From positions 3,904,001-3,968,000 of the forward strand of contig OY762209.1 in assembly GCA_963665295.1 (NCBI GenBank): DNA of 64,000 bases. Reading direction: 5' to 3'. This document shows positions 9,634 to 19,031 of this stretch, piece after piece; the stretch's first letter is position 1; every line of letters starts with the position of its first letter. The position numbers and the translations under genes were made by a program. The notes under the pieces are model-generated. The model worked only from the letters and a program-made list of their open reading frames with translations. It was not told the DNA's origin and made no database searches. This DNA is from Syntrophorhabdaceae bacterium (GTDB taxonomy: Bacteria > Desulfobacterota > Syntrophorhabdia > Syntrophorhabdales > Syntrophorhabdaceae).

Positions 9634-10977
9634 TCAATCCTTAAAACATTCAACTGATTTGCCCGACTCGACCCTCTGAAGCGGTCTCAAGACGAGCTGC
9701 GTTTTTTCATTCTTCCGGTAAACCCTGAAGCCAATGAACTCTTTGTCAAAAGACGCGTTCATTTGTACTTCCACGAACACTTCGCCATCTTTGTCAATCT
9801 CGAGCATCATCTCCTTCTCCAATTCCCTCGAAGAAGAAAACAATAACGAATTTCTGTTGTTAGCGAAATAGCCCCTATGAAACGAAGCCGTCACTTTATG
9901 TTTTCCCTTCTGAAGCGCCGGAATGGCAATCTCATCTTTGCCCCGGAAGTTAAGCGTTTCATCGTCCACCTTCACCGTAATGTTTACAGGGCTTACGATA
10001 TCAAAGGCGACTCTTTTGAGTGCGTTTACTTTGAAGGCATCGTTTTCGCTTTCGTAAGATATAATACCATTTATTTCATCCTTTCGGGGAAGATATTGTC
10101 GAGTCTTTATGGTGATCCTGGCGGGGACATACTGTTTTTTTTCTATGGGCCTGAAGGGGATGACGGCTTCAGTCGCATCTGCGAGTTCCGAAGGTGAACT
10201 GAACGCCCTCTGCAAGGTGACTGCATCATCGCCGAACCGTTTGTCGAATTTACGCAGGGTGAGGCTTACTATTCCGTTATCGACGGTATAGGAACCGGTG
10301 ATAAACACATCTACCCCCGACTTGCCCATGGCCTGGCCAAGGGCAATGTAATTTTCTCCATAGCTATCCGGATAGAACTGGAAGTCCTTAACGTCAAGGA
10401 CGGTCTTCAGCACGATCCTCTTTTTCTGCGAGAACAGATCCTCGATACTTTTCCTCATTCTTAGCGACAATCTTGTCACGTTGTTGTGTGCGTCAAAGAT
10501 GTCGTGGACGTAGACTGTCACTTTTTTGTAAGGCTCGTAGGGATCCACCGCTTTTGACAATATGCCGTATATGGCGGGGTAGAATCGCCCGCCCCTATTC
10601 CGCAACCCTTTAATGGACACGAAGTTGCCCTTCTGCACCTCGACCCTCGCCTTTACGATCTGGCATACACTTGATTCCTGGTCAGGGAAGGCTATCACCG
10701 CGCACTCCGCTATGGGCGTTGCGAATTTAGCGTCGGGACTTGTGGTCACGGAAAGAATGTCGCCCTTGATCAGCCCGTCTCTTACTCCGATATTGACAAT
10801 GGCCTTGTCGGACAAGGTAAGGTTAATTCTCTCCTGGAGAAGGATTGCGGATATGACCTGCCCGATAACGTATTCAGAACCGTGAACAAACCCGGGGAGC
10901 AAACACAGAAATACGAATCCAATCAGGGGCGACGCCCACCGGTTCGGCGCATAACCCTTGGCAACCATTCTTTTCAT
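9634..10977 (-). CDS. Secreted hypothetical protein, FlgT/FlgO-like segments, coupled to pilQ
   Basis: Signal peptide; VNIGVRDGLIKGD and DVFITGSY segments; ATGA overlap with pilQ. Confidence 0.7.
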   Translation of the reverse strand: MKRMVAKGYAPNRWASPLIGFVFLCLLPGFVHGSEYVIGQVISAILLQERINLTLSDKAIVNIGVRDGLIKGDILSVTTSPDAKFATPIAECAVIAFPDQESSVCQIVKARVEVQKGNFVSIKGLRNRGGRFYPAIYGILSKAVDPYEPYKKVTVYVHDIFDAHNNVTRLSLRMRKSIEDLFSQKKRIVLKTVLDVKDFQFYPDSYGENYIALGQAMGKSGVDVFITGSYTVDNGIVSLTLRKFDKRFGDDAVTLQRAFSSPSELADATEAVIPFRPIEKKQYVPARITIKTRQYLPRKDEINGIISYESENDAFKVNALKRVAFDIVSPVNITVKVDDETLNFRGKDEIAIPALQKGKHKVTASFHRGYFANNRNSLLFSSSRELEKEMMLEIDKDGEVFVEVQMNASFDKEFIGFRVYRKNEKTQLVLRPLQRVESGKSVECFKD

Positions 10978-12431
10978 TTCTCACCTTCTGCATACAGGTT
11001 TTTCAGGATCATGGGGGTTATAAAGAGAAGAAGTTCCGATTTTTCCAGTTTTCTATAGTCTCTGTCGAATAACCATTTAATCACAGGTATCTTTCTGAGA
11101 AAAGGGACTCCCTGCTGGCTTACATTCTCGGTAGTCTCGTAAATACCACCGATAACCGCCGTGTCACCATCCTTGATGATGATTTCCGTTACCGCTTCTC
11201 TCTTGTCGATGGTGGGCCCCGCAACGGTCTGGTTCGTGAAATCGGCTGAATCCTTGGTAGTCCTGACCTTGAGCCTTATGGTGCCGTCTCTTAGGACCAC
11301 CTGCGGCGTCACCTCGAGACCGAGAAAAGCATCGGCAAATTGAGTCTGTGTTCCCTGCATGGATACCGTCTGATACGGGATCTGTTTCCCCTGGTTGATC
11401 TTGGCGGCCTTTCCATCCGACGTGACTACTTTCGGGTGAGAAATGATCTTTACCTTTCCCTCGGATTCAAGAGCGCTGAGTTGTACGTCCAGATTGAGCC
11501 CGTCAGTACCGTTTCCAATATAGACCCCCACAACACCGCCGGAGCCTGATCCCACAGCAGCCGGCAGGTTCACGTTATAGGGGAAGTTGAATCCCCCTGC
11601 CCTCTGGCCCACCTGTCCTGTAGTCGGTATGTATGTAGTGTTGGGGGTTAAGGCTGTCTTTCCTCCCGACACGGCATAGTCTTCGCCCCTGATCCTGCCC
11701 GCATAGCTCATTCCCCATTGCACTCCAATATCCTTGATGAAGTTTGTCTGGGCCTGGACGATCCTGGCTTCTATCTGCACTTGGGCGGGCCTCAAATCGT
11801 GCTCCTTGATTCTTTTCTTCAGTTGTTCCACGTTTTCCCTGGTGTCCTTGAGAATGAGCGCGTTTGTCCATTTTACGAGAGTCACCGCGCCATTGGGTGT
11901 AAGCAGACTCCGCGTACCCGTGGTGCCTCCTCCCGGAACCGGTGCCGCAGTTGCCGTCCCCGGAGGAGGAATGCCCCTTATCATCCTCTCCACGTCGATG
12001 GCATCGACATAGTTCAGAAAAACGGTCTCTGTGACAAAGCCGTCCTCCAACTTCTCCTTCATCTCCTTTTCAGTCAGGTATGCGAGTTTCTCCTTCTTAT
12101 CCTTGTCCTTTTCCTCAAGGAACCTTTTTGAAGTAACTATTCTGATTACGTTTCCGTCCTCGATAAGGGCAAGATCATGGTTTTTTGTCACTATTTCCAT
12201 TGCCTCGTCCCACGAGACGTTATCGAGTTTTATAGTAGTCCTGCCCTTGACTTCGTCCGCTATTACCATGTTCTTTCCGGAGACCTCGGATAGGACGCGG
12301 AGCACATTCCTTACGTCGGCATCCATGAAATCAAAGGATACCTTCGGAACGGTCTTCTTCGCGATTTGCCCGTATGAAAGAACCGGTACCAGAAAAAGGA
12401 CCAACGACACCAGAATGATTTTCCTATACAT
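10974..12431 (-). CDS. pilQ: Type IV pilus secretin (short, no AMIN domains)
   Basis: SFDFMDADVRNVL, QVQIEARIV, GVPFLRKIP, ELLLFITP. Confidence 0.93.
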   Translation of the reverse strand: MYRKIILVSLVLFLVPVLSYGQIAKKTVPKVSFDFMDADVRNVLRVLSEVSGKNMVIADEVKGRTTIKLDNVSWDEAMEIVTKNHDLALIEDGNVIRIVTSKRFLEEKDKDKKEKLAYLTEKEMKEKLEDGFVTETVFLNYVDAIDVERMIRGIPPPGTATAAPVPGGGTTGTRSLLTPNGAVTLVKWTNALILKDTRENVEQLKKRIKEHDLRPAQVQIEARIVQAQTNFIKDIGVQWGMSYAGRIRGEDYAVSGGKTALTPNTTYIPTTGQVGQRAGGFNFPYNVNLPAAVGSGSGGVVGVYIGNGTDGLNLDVQLSALESEGKVKIISHPKVVTSDGKAAKINQGKQIPYQTVSMQGTQTQFADAFLGLEVTPQVVLRDGTIRLKVRTTKDSADFTNQTVAGPTIDKREAVTEIIIKDGDTAVIGGIYETTENVSQQGVPFLRKIPVIKWLFDRDYRKLEKSELLLFITPMILKNLYAEGEK

Positions 12432-12441
12432 GTATCACCCT

Positions 12442-12888
12442 CTATTTCCTTGGGAGATCGAGGCCGATCTTTTTGATCTCTCCCTTTAGCTTGTAACCCA
12501 GGATAACCCTGCCTTCAGGAATGTCGACCACCCAAAGATTCTTGTTGAGAAAATCGCCTTTCTTCAAGATAACGCCTTTCCCTTGCGTGTCCTCCATCAT
12601 GGCAAACCGCTTGTTATCGGACCTAACCTCGCCCACGAACTTCAGCTCTTCCAGTTCATAACCGGCCATCTTCGTTCCGCCGGAATCTCTTTTCTTTTTC
12701 GCCTTCAACAGGTTTACGGGCTCAAAGGGATTTCGACGGTTTTCAGAAGTATAAGAAAAATCGGTAATATCCACAGGCGGGATGATCTGGTTCTTATGCT
12801 CGACGGAATAGGAATTGCCCGACACAAGAAGAGCGAGTGCGAAAAAGATCACACCACATCGAATACTATTTCGTCTTGCCTTTTGCAT
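12442..12888 (-). CDS. pilP: Pilus assembly protein PilP
   Basis: RRNPFEP and YELEELKFVG motifs; between pilO and pilQ. Confidence 0.8.
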   Translation of the reverse strand: MQKARRNSIRCGVIFFALALLVSGNSYSVEHKNQIIPPVDITDFSYTSENRRNPFEPVNLLKAKKKRDSGGTKMAGYELEELKFVGEVRSDNKRFAMMEDTQGKGVILKKGDFLNKNLWVVDIPEGRVILGYKLKGEIKKIGLDLPRK

Positions 12889-13513
12889 TTCTCCCGTCCT
12901 TTCCTTCTTCCTTTTTTGGCTTCGGCGGTTCTTTCAGGTACACATAAGATCTTGCCGTGCACTCGCCTTCCAGTATTATCTTGTTGGGTGGTCCCTTTGC
13001 AACCAGAGAAAAATCAACGATCTCTATTATGCGTTCCGTTTTTCTGATGCCGTCAAAGAAATACCCGATGTTATGAAAAGGACCGTTGTATTTTATCTTT
13101 AACGGAAATTCACCGTAGAACTCCTTGGCCTGAACCGGGCCCGGCTCAAAATAGGTGACCTTCACCTTGCTTTCAGACCCTACCGCGGAGACACTTCTCA
13201 GAAGGTTGGGGACGTCTCTGCCTTCGGGAAGCTGTCGAATCATATCATCGAGTGTTTCCTGCAGGCGCGCGTATTCTTCCCGGTATTTCGGCATGTTGTT
13301 CTTTATCTGCAGCATCCTGTCGAGATCCTTCTTCACCGTCTCATACTGGCCCGCCAACCTGCGTCTCTCTTCGGACTGAGGGCTTATCACAAACACGAAG
13401 GCCGATGCGAATATTGCCACGTTCAGGCCGATTATTATGACGAGCTTATAGACATTGGAAATGTTCTTTATCTGCTTCCCGATGGTGTTCAGCCCGAAGT
13501 CTATCTTCATCAT
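12866..13513 (-). CDS. pilO: Pilus assembly protein PilO
   Basis: TM, coiled coil, QLPEGRDVPNLL, GPFHNIGYFFD. Confidence 0.9.
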   Translation of the reverse strand: MMKIDFGLNTIGKQIKNISNVYKLVIIIGLNVAIFASAFVFVISPQSEERRRLAGQYETVKKDLDRMLQIKNNMPKYREEYARLQETLDDMIRQLPEGRDVPNLLRSVSAVGSESKVKVTYFEPGPVQAKEFYGEFPLKIKYNGPFHNIGYFFDGIRKTERIIEIVDFSLVAKGPPNKIILEGECTARSYVYLKEPPKPKKEEGKDGRNAKGKTK

Positions 13514-14043
13514 ATGCCGATATTGCCCTGGATTACAAATCTCTTGATCACTACACCCTCTTCAGTGACATCTTCGATATTCTTCAGTTCCACGTTGGTC
13601 ATATAGGGTATCCCGGAAAGGCTTTCCATGAAGCTTGAAATCGACTCGTTCTCCGGGGAACGACCTTCCATCTCGAACCTGTTCTGGGTCTTTTTGAAGG
13701 TTTTCAGCCACAGGCTTTCGCTCACCACGGAGGTGAGGTCGTAAAGGGTTCTCGCGGCAAGTGCCCTTCCCCCCTTCAGCCCGCCTATAGCATTGATCTT
13801 TCCTCCTATCTCTTTTTTCTGCCTTTCAAGCTTGAGGTATTCCGCATAAACCCCATCCAGACTCGCTATTTCCTTCTTCGCCGAGGCGATCATTCTGCTG
13901 TAGGCTTCGATGTGGCGCATATTCGTGAAATAGAGCCCGCCCAGAATGGCAAAATTGGCCACGGTCACCAGGATGGCAACGTACATGTTGTATCTCAGTA
14001 CCCTTCTTCGCGGTTTCCTGGGTAAGAGGTTGATCCTGATCAT
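13510..14043 (-). CDS. pilN: Pilus assembly protein PilN
   Basis: N-terminal IRINLLP PilM-binding motif, TM, coiled coil. Confidence 0.92.
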   Translation of the reverse strand: MIRINLLPRKPRRRVLRYNMYVAILVTVANFAILGGLYFTNMRHIEAYSRMIASAKKEIASLDGVYAEYLKLERQKKEIGGKINAIGGLKGGRALAARTLYDLTSVVSESLWLKTFKKTQNRFEMEGRSPENESISSFMESLSGIPYMTNVELKNIEDVTEEGVVIKRFVIQGNIGI

Positions 14044-15098
14044 ACGGTCAGTTCCACCACTCTTGACGATAGATACAATGCAATTGCTATGAGTTTATCG
14101 GAATCGCCGTATCCCATGAGGCTGTTTTCCTCTTCATTGAGGAACAGAAAAGGGTCGATGTATTCGACCTCAATTCCGGTGTTGCTGTAAACCGCTTCTT
14201 TAAGCCCTCCAAGAAGTGATGAACCCCCTGTAAGGAATATCTTCCCTATCTTCTCCATGGGTCTCGTGGAAGCGTAGAAGTTGACGGTCTTGTTTATTTC
14301 GGAGGAAATATTGTAAACGAAATCATCACAAAGGTAGGAAATCTCTCTGTCGCCCGCAACTTTCGCGTGTTCCGCTTCATGGTATGTGAATCCGGCTGAT
14401 TTTTCTATCTGGCTCGTAAGCTGCCCTCCGCCTACGAGGACTTCACGGGTAAACTCGATGTTGTCCTCTTTCATTATGGCGATGTTCGTTACAAAAGCCC
14501 CTATGTCTACTGCAACTACCGACATTTCCCTGGGGTTGTAGATCTGTTCGATCAGGTTGGTTACTCCAAATATGTCCACGTCGAGAAACTGAAGATTGAG
14601 ACCTGCCATTTCGAAGACCTTCATGTAACTGTCCACGATTTCCTTTTTGGCAGCCACTATCTGGACATTCATCATGTTATCCCGTTCCTTGTCTCCCCCC
14701 ACCACATAATAGCTGTAATAGATATCCTTCAGGCTGAAAGGTATTACTGTCTCAACCTCCAGGTTCATTGTGTTCTCGAGGGCGTCCTCGTCGAGGAACG
14801 GGACCGCTACCCTCTTGGCTATAACGGAATAGCTTGACAGGGCGCATGCCGCATCGCGACTCTTGATGCCGTTCTCGTTGATCAGTTGTTTCAACTCCTG
14901 GGCCAGAAAAGCGCTGTTGACGATATTTCCGTCACTCAGCAGGTTTTCCTCGTAAGACTTCATGGCCATACGTTGCAGCTTGAAACCCTCTTTTGTGTGT
15001 TTAAGGGTGCAAATCTTTATGGACGTAGTTCCAATATCGACCCCAATGAGTTCGCTGGACCTGCTGAAGCTTATCTTGTTTAAGAATTCGAAGGTCAT
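14040..15098 (-). CDS. pilM: Pilus assembly actin-like protein PilM
   Basis: IGVDIG, VDIGA, LTGGSS; start at ATG 15098 (ATGA overlap with galT-like stop). Confidence 0.92.
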   Translation of the reverse strand: MTFEFLNKISFSRSSELIGVDIGTTSIKICTLKHTKEGFKLQRMAMKSYEENLLSDGNIVNSAFLAQELKQLINENGIKSRDAACALSSYSVIAKRVAVPFLDEDALENTMNLEVETVIPFSLKDIYYSYYVVGGDKERDNMMNVQIVAAKKEIVDSYMKVFEMAGLNLQFLDVDIFGVTNLIEQIYNPREMSVVAVDIGAFVTNIAIMKEDNIEFTREVLVGGGQLTSQIEKSAGFTYHEAEHAKVAGDREISYLCDDFVYNISSEINKTVNFYASTRPMEKIGKIFLTGGSSLLGGLKEAVYSNTGIEVEYIDPFLFLNEEENSLMGYGDSDKLIAIALYLSSRVVELTV

Positions 15099-16153
15099 GC
15101 GTTTCCCACCGGGTCTTTCATCCTCTGTTCCACCCATACTGCCTTCGCATCCTGCGCTACATTCTCAGGAAAGAAGAGGCATGCGTTTTCCATATGTATC
15201 TTGTCGAAATAGTTGGTATCCGCAGCTTTAAGGGGCGGCAGGAAACGTCTCGCCACAATCCGCATGTTCGACCGAAAATGATCCTCACCGCTTAAGCCCG
15301 AGAAGAGGGAGAAATTAAATCCGTACACCTGTTCCCTCTTCAGATATTCGAGCATTATGCCTAACCCTGTCTCGAAGCTGGAGAAGTCATCGTCGTCGAG
15401 ATCAAAGATGGAGTTCTTGCTCATTATGCAGCCGAGGTCTATATTGCCTTTAGGCGCGAAGGGGGCGTACCAGAATGTTCTGCCGTCGAACCCTATGAAA
15501 CGTTCATCCAGTTCCCTCTCCTCCTCCATAAGGGTTTCCCAGTAGGACGACTTGTGTTCGGCATAAAATGCCTCGCTCCCGCCGAGGAGAAGCCCGTGAT
15601 AGTTCGTCGGGTGCTCACCCGCGATGGCCTGGATGTGAGGGTGAAGGATACTGCTTCCCGACATGGGCATATAATTGCAGTTTATGGAGAAATACCTTGC
15701 CTCCGGGTCGAAACCTTTGATTGTCCTCAAAACGTCCAGTACGACCCTGATGCCTCTTGAGATATAACGATCCGTGATGAGCATATTCATATCCACGAAA
15801 TGTTCTTTGGAAACTATGGCAACCACGCAATATTTATCAAAGGGCAGGATATTCGGTATCACCACGACTCCGTCCCGTTCGAACCTTTCATAGCCGAATG
15901 TGCTTTTGTCGAAACGGGAAGTCATGGCGTCGATATTTTCTTCGCAGAAGGGACATTTGCTCGTCAGGGAAGACCGGACCAGTTCACCGAAGCTGAATCC
16001 CGTGATCTTTCTCGCGGGGAAATGGACCAGTCTGGAGGTAAGGTTTGTGAGAGGGTCCCACCTTATCTCCACTTTCCCCTTAAACGGTTTGAAGTCCGTG
16101 AATGGGTTCAGGTATACGATACCGCTCTGGATTGATTTTCTATAATTCAGCAT
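15095..16153 (-). CDS. galT: Galactose-1-phosphate uridylyltransferase-like (GalT/HIT branch)
   Basis: EIRWDPLT, CPFC, SGSSILHPHIQ (HxHxQ). Confidence 0.7.
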   Translation of the reverse strand: MLNYRKSIQSGIVYLNPFTDFKPFKGKVEIRWDPLTNLTSRLVHFPARKITGFSFGELVRSSLTSKCPFCEENIDAMTSRFDKSTFGYERFERDGVVVIPNILPFDKYCVVAIVSKEHFVDMNMLITDRYISRGIRVVLDVLRTIKGFDPEARYFSINCNYMPMSGSSILHPHIQAIAGEHPTNYHGLLLGGSEAFYAEHKSSYWETLMEEERELDERFIGFDGRTFWYAPFAPKGNIDLGCIMSKNSIFDLDDDDFSSFETGLGIMLEYLKREQVYGFNFSLFSGLSGEDHFRSNMRIVARRFLPPLKAADTNYFDKIHMENACLFFPENVAQDAKAVWVEQRMKDPVGNA

Positions 16154-16159
16154 CGCCAA

Positions 16160-16203
16160 ACCCTAACAAGTAAGAACCTTTGCGGTCAATGACATATGTC
16201 ACT
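16160..16203 (-). promoter_or_regulatory. Promoter with CRP/FNR-like box upstream of galT-pilMNOPQ
   Basis: AGTGAC-ATAT-GTCATT (16203-16188) overlapping TTGACC, N18, TGn-TAGGGT. Confidence 0.55.
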
Positions 16204-16215
16204 TCACGTGTCTTC

Positions 16216-17571
16216 TCAGTATGCACCCTTCCCTCCTAATAATGCTCTGAATGTTTTTAATATGATGACAAAGTCCAGCCAAAGGGACCAGTTCAGGACG
16301 TACAGGTAATCAAGCCTCGCGCGTTCGTCGTACTTGATCTCGCTTCGTCCGCTCACCTGCCACAAGCCTGTCATTCCCGGTCTCACGCTTGAATAGATGG
16401 CTGCATAAGACTCGAGGAATTCATCGAGGGCATCCCTCATATCGGGCCTCGGCCCCACCAGGGACATATCTCCTTTGATCACGTTGAGAAACTGCGGGAT
16501 CTCGTCGAGCGAGGTTTTGCGGAGTATCTTCCCTATCCTGGTTATCCTGGGGTCCGTCTTCAATTTGTTCCTTTCCTTAAACTCCTTTGAAGCCTCTGCG
16601 TCATTGTTCAGGTAATCCTGCATCAATGAGTCGGCTCCCACTTGCATGGTCCTGTATTTTATCATATTAAATTGATCAAGATTGATGCCGCATCGTTTAT
16701 GGGTGAAAAAAACGGGCCCCCTGGAATCCAACTTGATCGCAACCGGTATTATCACGAAGAGAGGCGAGAGAAGCGTGAGGGCCGCTACCGACACGGTTAT
16801 ATCGAGAATCCTCTTGAAGGCGGTCCTTCTCAAGGACAAAAGGCCGTTATCAGTAGTGATGAGCACGATATTCTTGGTCAAAAATGTTTTTATCTGAGTA
16901 TTCATGAAAGAAAGCCCGGATATGCTCGATACAATTATCATCTGGCCGACCTTACGCTTCAGGGCCTTGATTGTCGCTTCATCGGTGCATTCCATGGGTA
17001 CAAAGCATGTGTCTATCCTTCCCTCCAGGGTCTCCAGGCCGACATTGTCCACGATCACATACCCCGAGTACCATTCCTTGTTCAAAGATGCCCTGAGCAG
17101 ATTCCGCCTGTCTCCCTTCCGTCGCTCAAAGAGGAAAGCGGCTTTCCTTCGGGCAAGGACTTTGTACAGGATGAATTTTACGAAAAACCGCGCAAGGGGC
17201 ATGATCACCACCATATACACGAAACTCAAGGTCAGGAGAATCCTCGATACGGTGGCTGCTTCCTTCTGTAACGACAATGCAACCCAGACTATGAGAAACG
17301 ATACGAGAAGGCCTTTGAAAAGAACGGGAACCTCGTCCCACACGGTCATGATGAGACCGTAACCGCCGTAATAGGCTATGGTGAGGATCGCTGCCGCCGG
17401 GATCCACCACAGGTCCACCCAGTAGAGCGACAGTCCGTGCCCCAACGGAACCAGGCCGAGCCACATCTCGAGCCCTGCCCTTGTATAAAAGGCCAAAAGG
17501 ATGCACAGGTCTATGACAATCGCATCCAAAAGGAGCAATGCCACGGTATTTCCATTTCGAAACCTAGTCAT
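16216..17571 (-). CDS. Undecaprenyl-phosphate glycosyl-1-phosphate transferase (WbaP/WcaJ family)
   Basis: KRILDI, KYRTM, DPRITRIG, SLDEIPQ, GDMSLVGPRP, PGMTGLWQV. Confidence 0.93.
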   Translation of the reverse strand: MTRFRNGNTVALLLLDAIVIDLCILLAFYTRAGLEMWLGLVPLGHGLSLYWVDLWWIPAAAILTIAYYGGYGLIMTVWDEVPVLFKGLLVSFLIVWVALSLQKEAATVSRILLTLSFVYMVVIMPLARFFVKFILYKVLARRKAAFLFERRKGDRRNLLRASLNKEWYSGYVIVDNVGLETLEGRIDTCFVPMECTDEATIKALKRKVGQMIIVSSISGLSFMNTQIKTFLTKNIVLITTDNGLLSLRRTAFKRILDITVSVAALTLLSPLFVIIPVAIKLDSRGPVFFTHKRCGINLDQFNMIKYRTMQVGADSLMQDYLNNDAEASKEFKERNKLKTDPRITRIGKILRKTSLDEIPQFLNVIKGDMSLVGPRPDMRDALDEFLESYAAIYSSVRPGMTGLWQVSGRSEIKYDERARLDYLYVLNWSLWLDFVIILKTFRALLGGKGAY

Positions 17572-18493
17572 CCGAAATCCGAGCCACCCAGTTCATCAAA
17601 ACTTTCGGAAATTTCCCGTGCTTCAACCCAATCATATATCCAGAATATTTGAAAAATGCTTCCACGAGGGCATAAAGACTCCAGTAATACATCTTTTCAC
17701 TCTGCAAATATTTGATCTCCTGCCTCAGGAGACCTGCACCCTGGTTATGAGCCGGCGCATATTCCAGAAACCATGGGTTATGGGAAAAAGATATTCCCGC
17801 TTGAGCGTACCTCTTGAACTGCCCGCGAAAGTTATAATTGTGGGAATGAATGACTTTTGCGTCGGGCACATAGGCCACCCCATACCCTTCCCTCATAAGC
17901 CTTGCCGCCAGCAACATGTCTTCAAACATGATCAGGTTGTCCGGAAACCCTCCGGATTTCTTAAACTCCGTCCTTCTGACAGCCGAGCAGACATTGCTGA
18001 AGAAGAATGCTTTGATACCCAGCTCGGGTACGTCTTCCCACTTCCTCACCGAAGGCGTCTCAGGGTAGTTGAAGCTCCTGGTAAATCTTTCCGGCGGTAC
18101 TGCCCCTTCTCCCGGTATCTGCCTGCCATAGGACGCCGCTATCCCCGGGTCGGAGAGAGGTTTGACCAGGTTTTCAATACAGCGGCGGTGGGCCGGTAGA
18201 GCGTCCTGCGTGAGGAACACGAAAATTTCCCCTGCGGCGTGCGAGACCGCGAAGTTCCTTGTTCTTCCATGATTGAAATCTTCTTTCCTGATTCGCAGGA
18301 CCGTCGCACCGTAGGACTCCGAAATCTCCGCCGTCCTGTCGGTGGACGACGAGTCGACCACTATGACCTCATGCCGGATGGTCTGTCTCCTCAACGTTTC
18401 CAGAAGCTTGCCGATGCGGGTTGCCGCATTGCGGGTCGGGATTATGACGCTGACCATGGGTGAGACACCTGCAACCTTCAAACCAATTTCCAC
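17564..18493 (-). CDS. GT2 glycosyltransferase (rhamnosyltransferase-like)
   Basis: VSVIIPT, VDSSSTD, FNHGRTRN, LTQDA; true start may be ATG ~18457. Confidence 0.88.
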   Translation of the reverse strand: MEIGLKVAGVSPMVSVIIPTRNAATRIGKLLETLRRQTIRHEVIVVDSSSTDRTAEISESYGATVLRIRKEDFNHGRTRNFAVSHAAGEIFVFLTQDALPAHRRCIENLVKPLSDPGIAASYGRQIPGEGAVPPERFTRSFNYPETPSVRKWEDVPELGIKAFFFSNVCSAVRRTEFKKSGGFPDNLIMFEDMLLAARLMREGYGVAYVPDAKVIHSHNYNFRGQFKRYAQAGISFSHNPWFLEYAPAHNQGAGLLRQEIKYLQSEKMYYWSLYALVEAFFKYSGYMIGLKHGKFPKVLMNWVARISDD

Positions 18494-18556
18494 AAATATT
18501 TTTGAAATTCACTCCTTATGACCCGTTTCATGAAAGCTCCCATATAAGTCCCAGTA

Positions 18557-18585
18557 ATTGTATATAACTTTCTTCCTTTTTGCCA
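18557..18585 (-). promoter_or_regulatory. Possible sigma70 promoter for GT2-wbaP
   Basis: TGGCAA-N17-TACAAT, with G9 tract just upstream. Confidence 0.4.
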
Positions 18586-18683
18586 TACCCCCCCCCTCAC
18601 GCCCGCCGCCGGATAGGGACAAGTCTTCGGTAAAGGTCTCCCCGGGACGCCCGCGACGCCGCAAAAATTGTGAGGGCCGGCAG

Positions 18684-18727
18684 AGTGACGTACGTCACTG
18701 ACACTCGCGGCCGCTTCCGGGTAAAAT
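18684..18727 (+). promoter_or_regulatory. Perfect palindrome box plus promoter upstream of DUF4388 module
   Basis: AGTGACGTACGTCACT (16-bp perfect palindrome) overlapping CTGACA, N18, TAAAAT. Confidence 0.6.
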
Positions 18728-19031
18728 CCTTTAATGACCGACCATGAAGCCGAACCGATGACGCATTTCCGTGAGCCTTTCTCTCAGCCTCCCTTTCAAG
18801 GGGCAACACCAGCCCTTGGGCAGCAGGGGCATTGCCTCCGCGCGAAAAAGATTCGGACCAGTCCACCGGCGAATACCCGGAAATACAATTTTCCAGTGCA
18901 TCCCCCTCGCCGGTGGCATTGGTTCCCGAATACAAGTCTCCCAGGGGAAACGGTGCCGGCCGGGTCGGTTTGAACCGGAGAGTGACTACCGGCGGCAAGT
19001 AGAACAAATCTAATTCTTTAGGGGGGTACCT

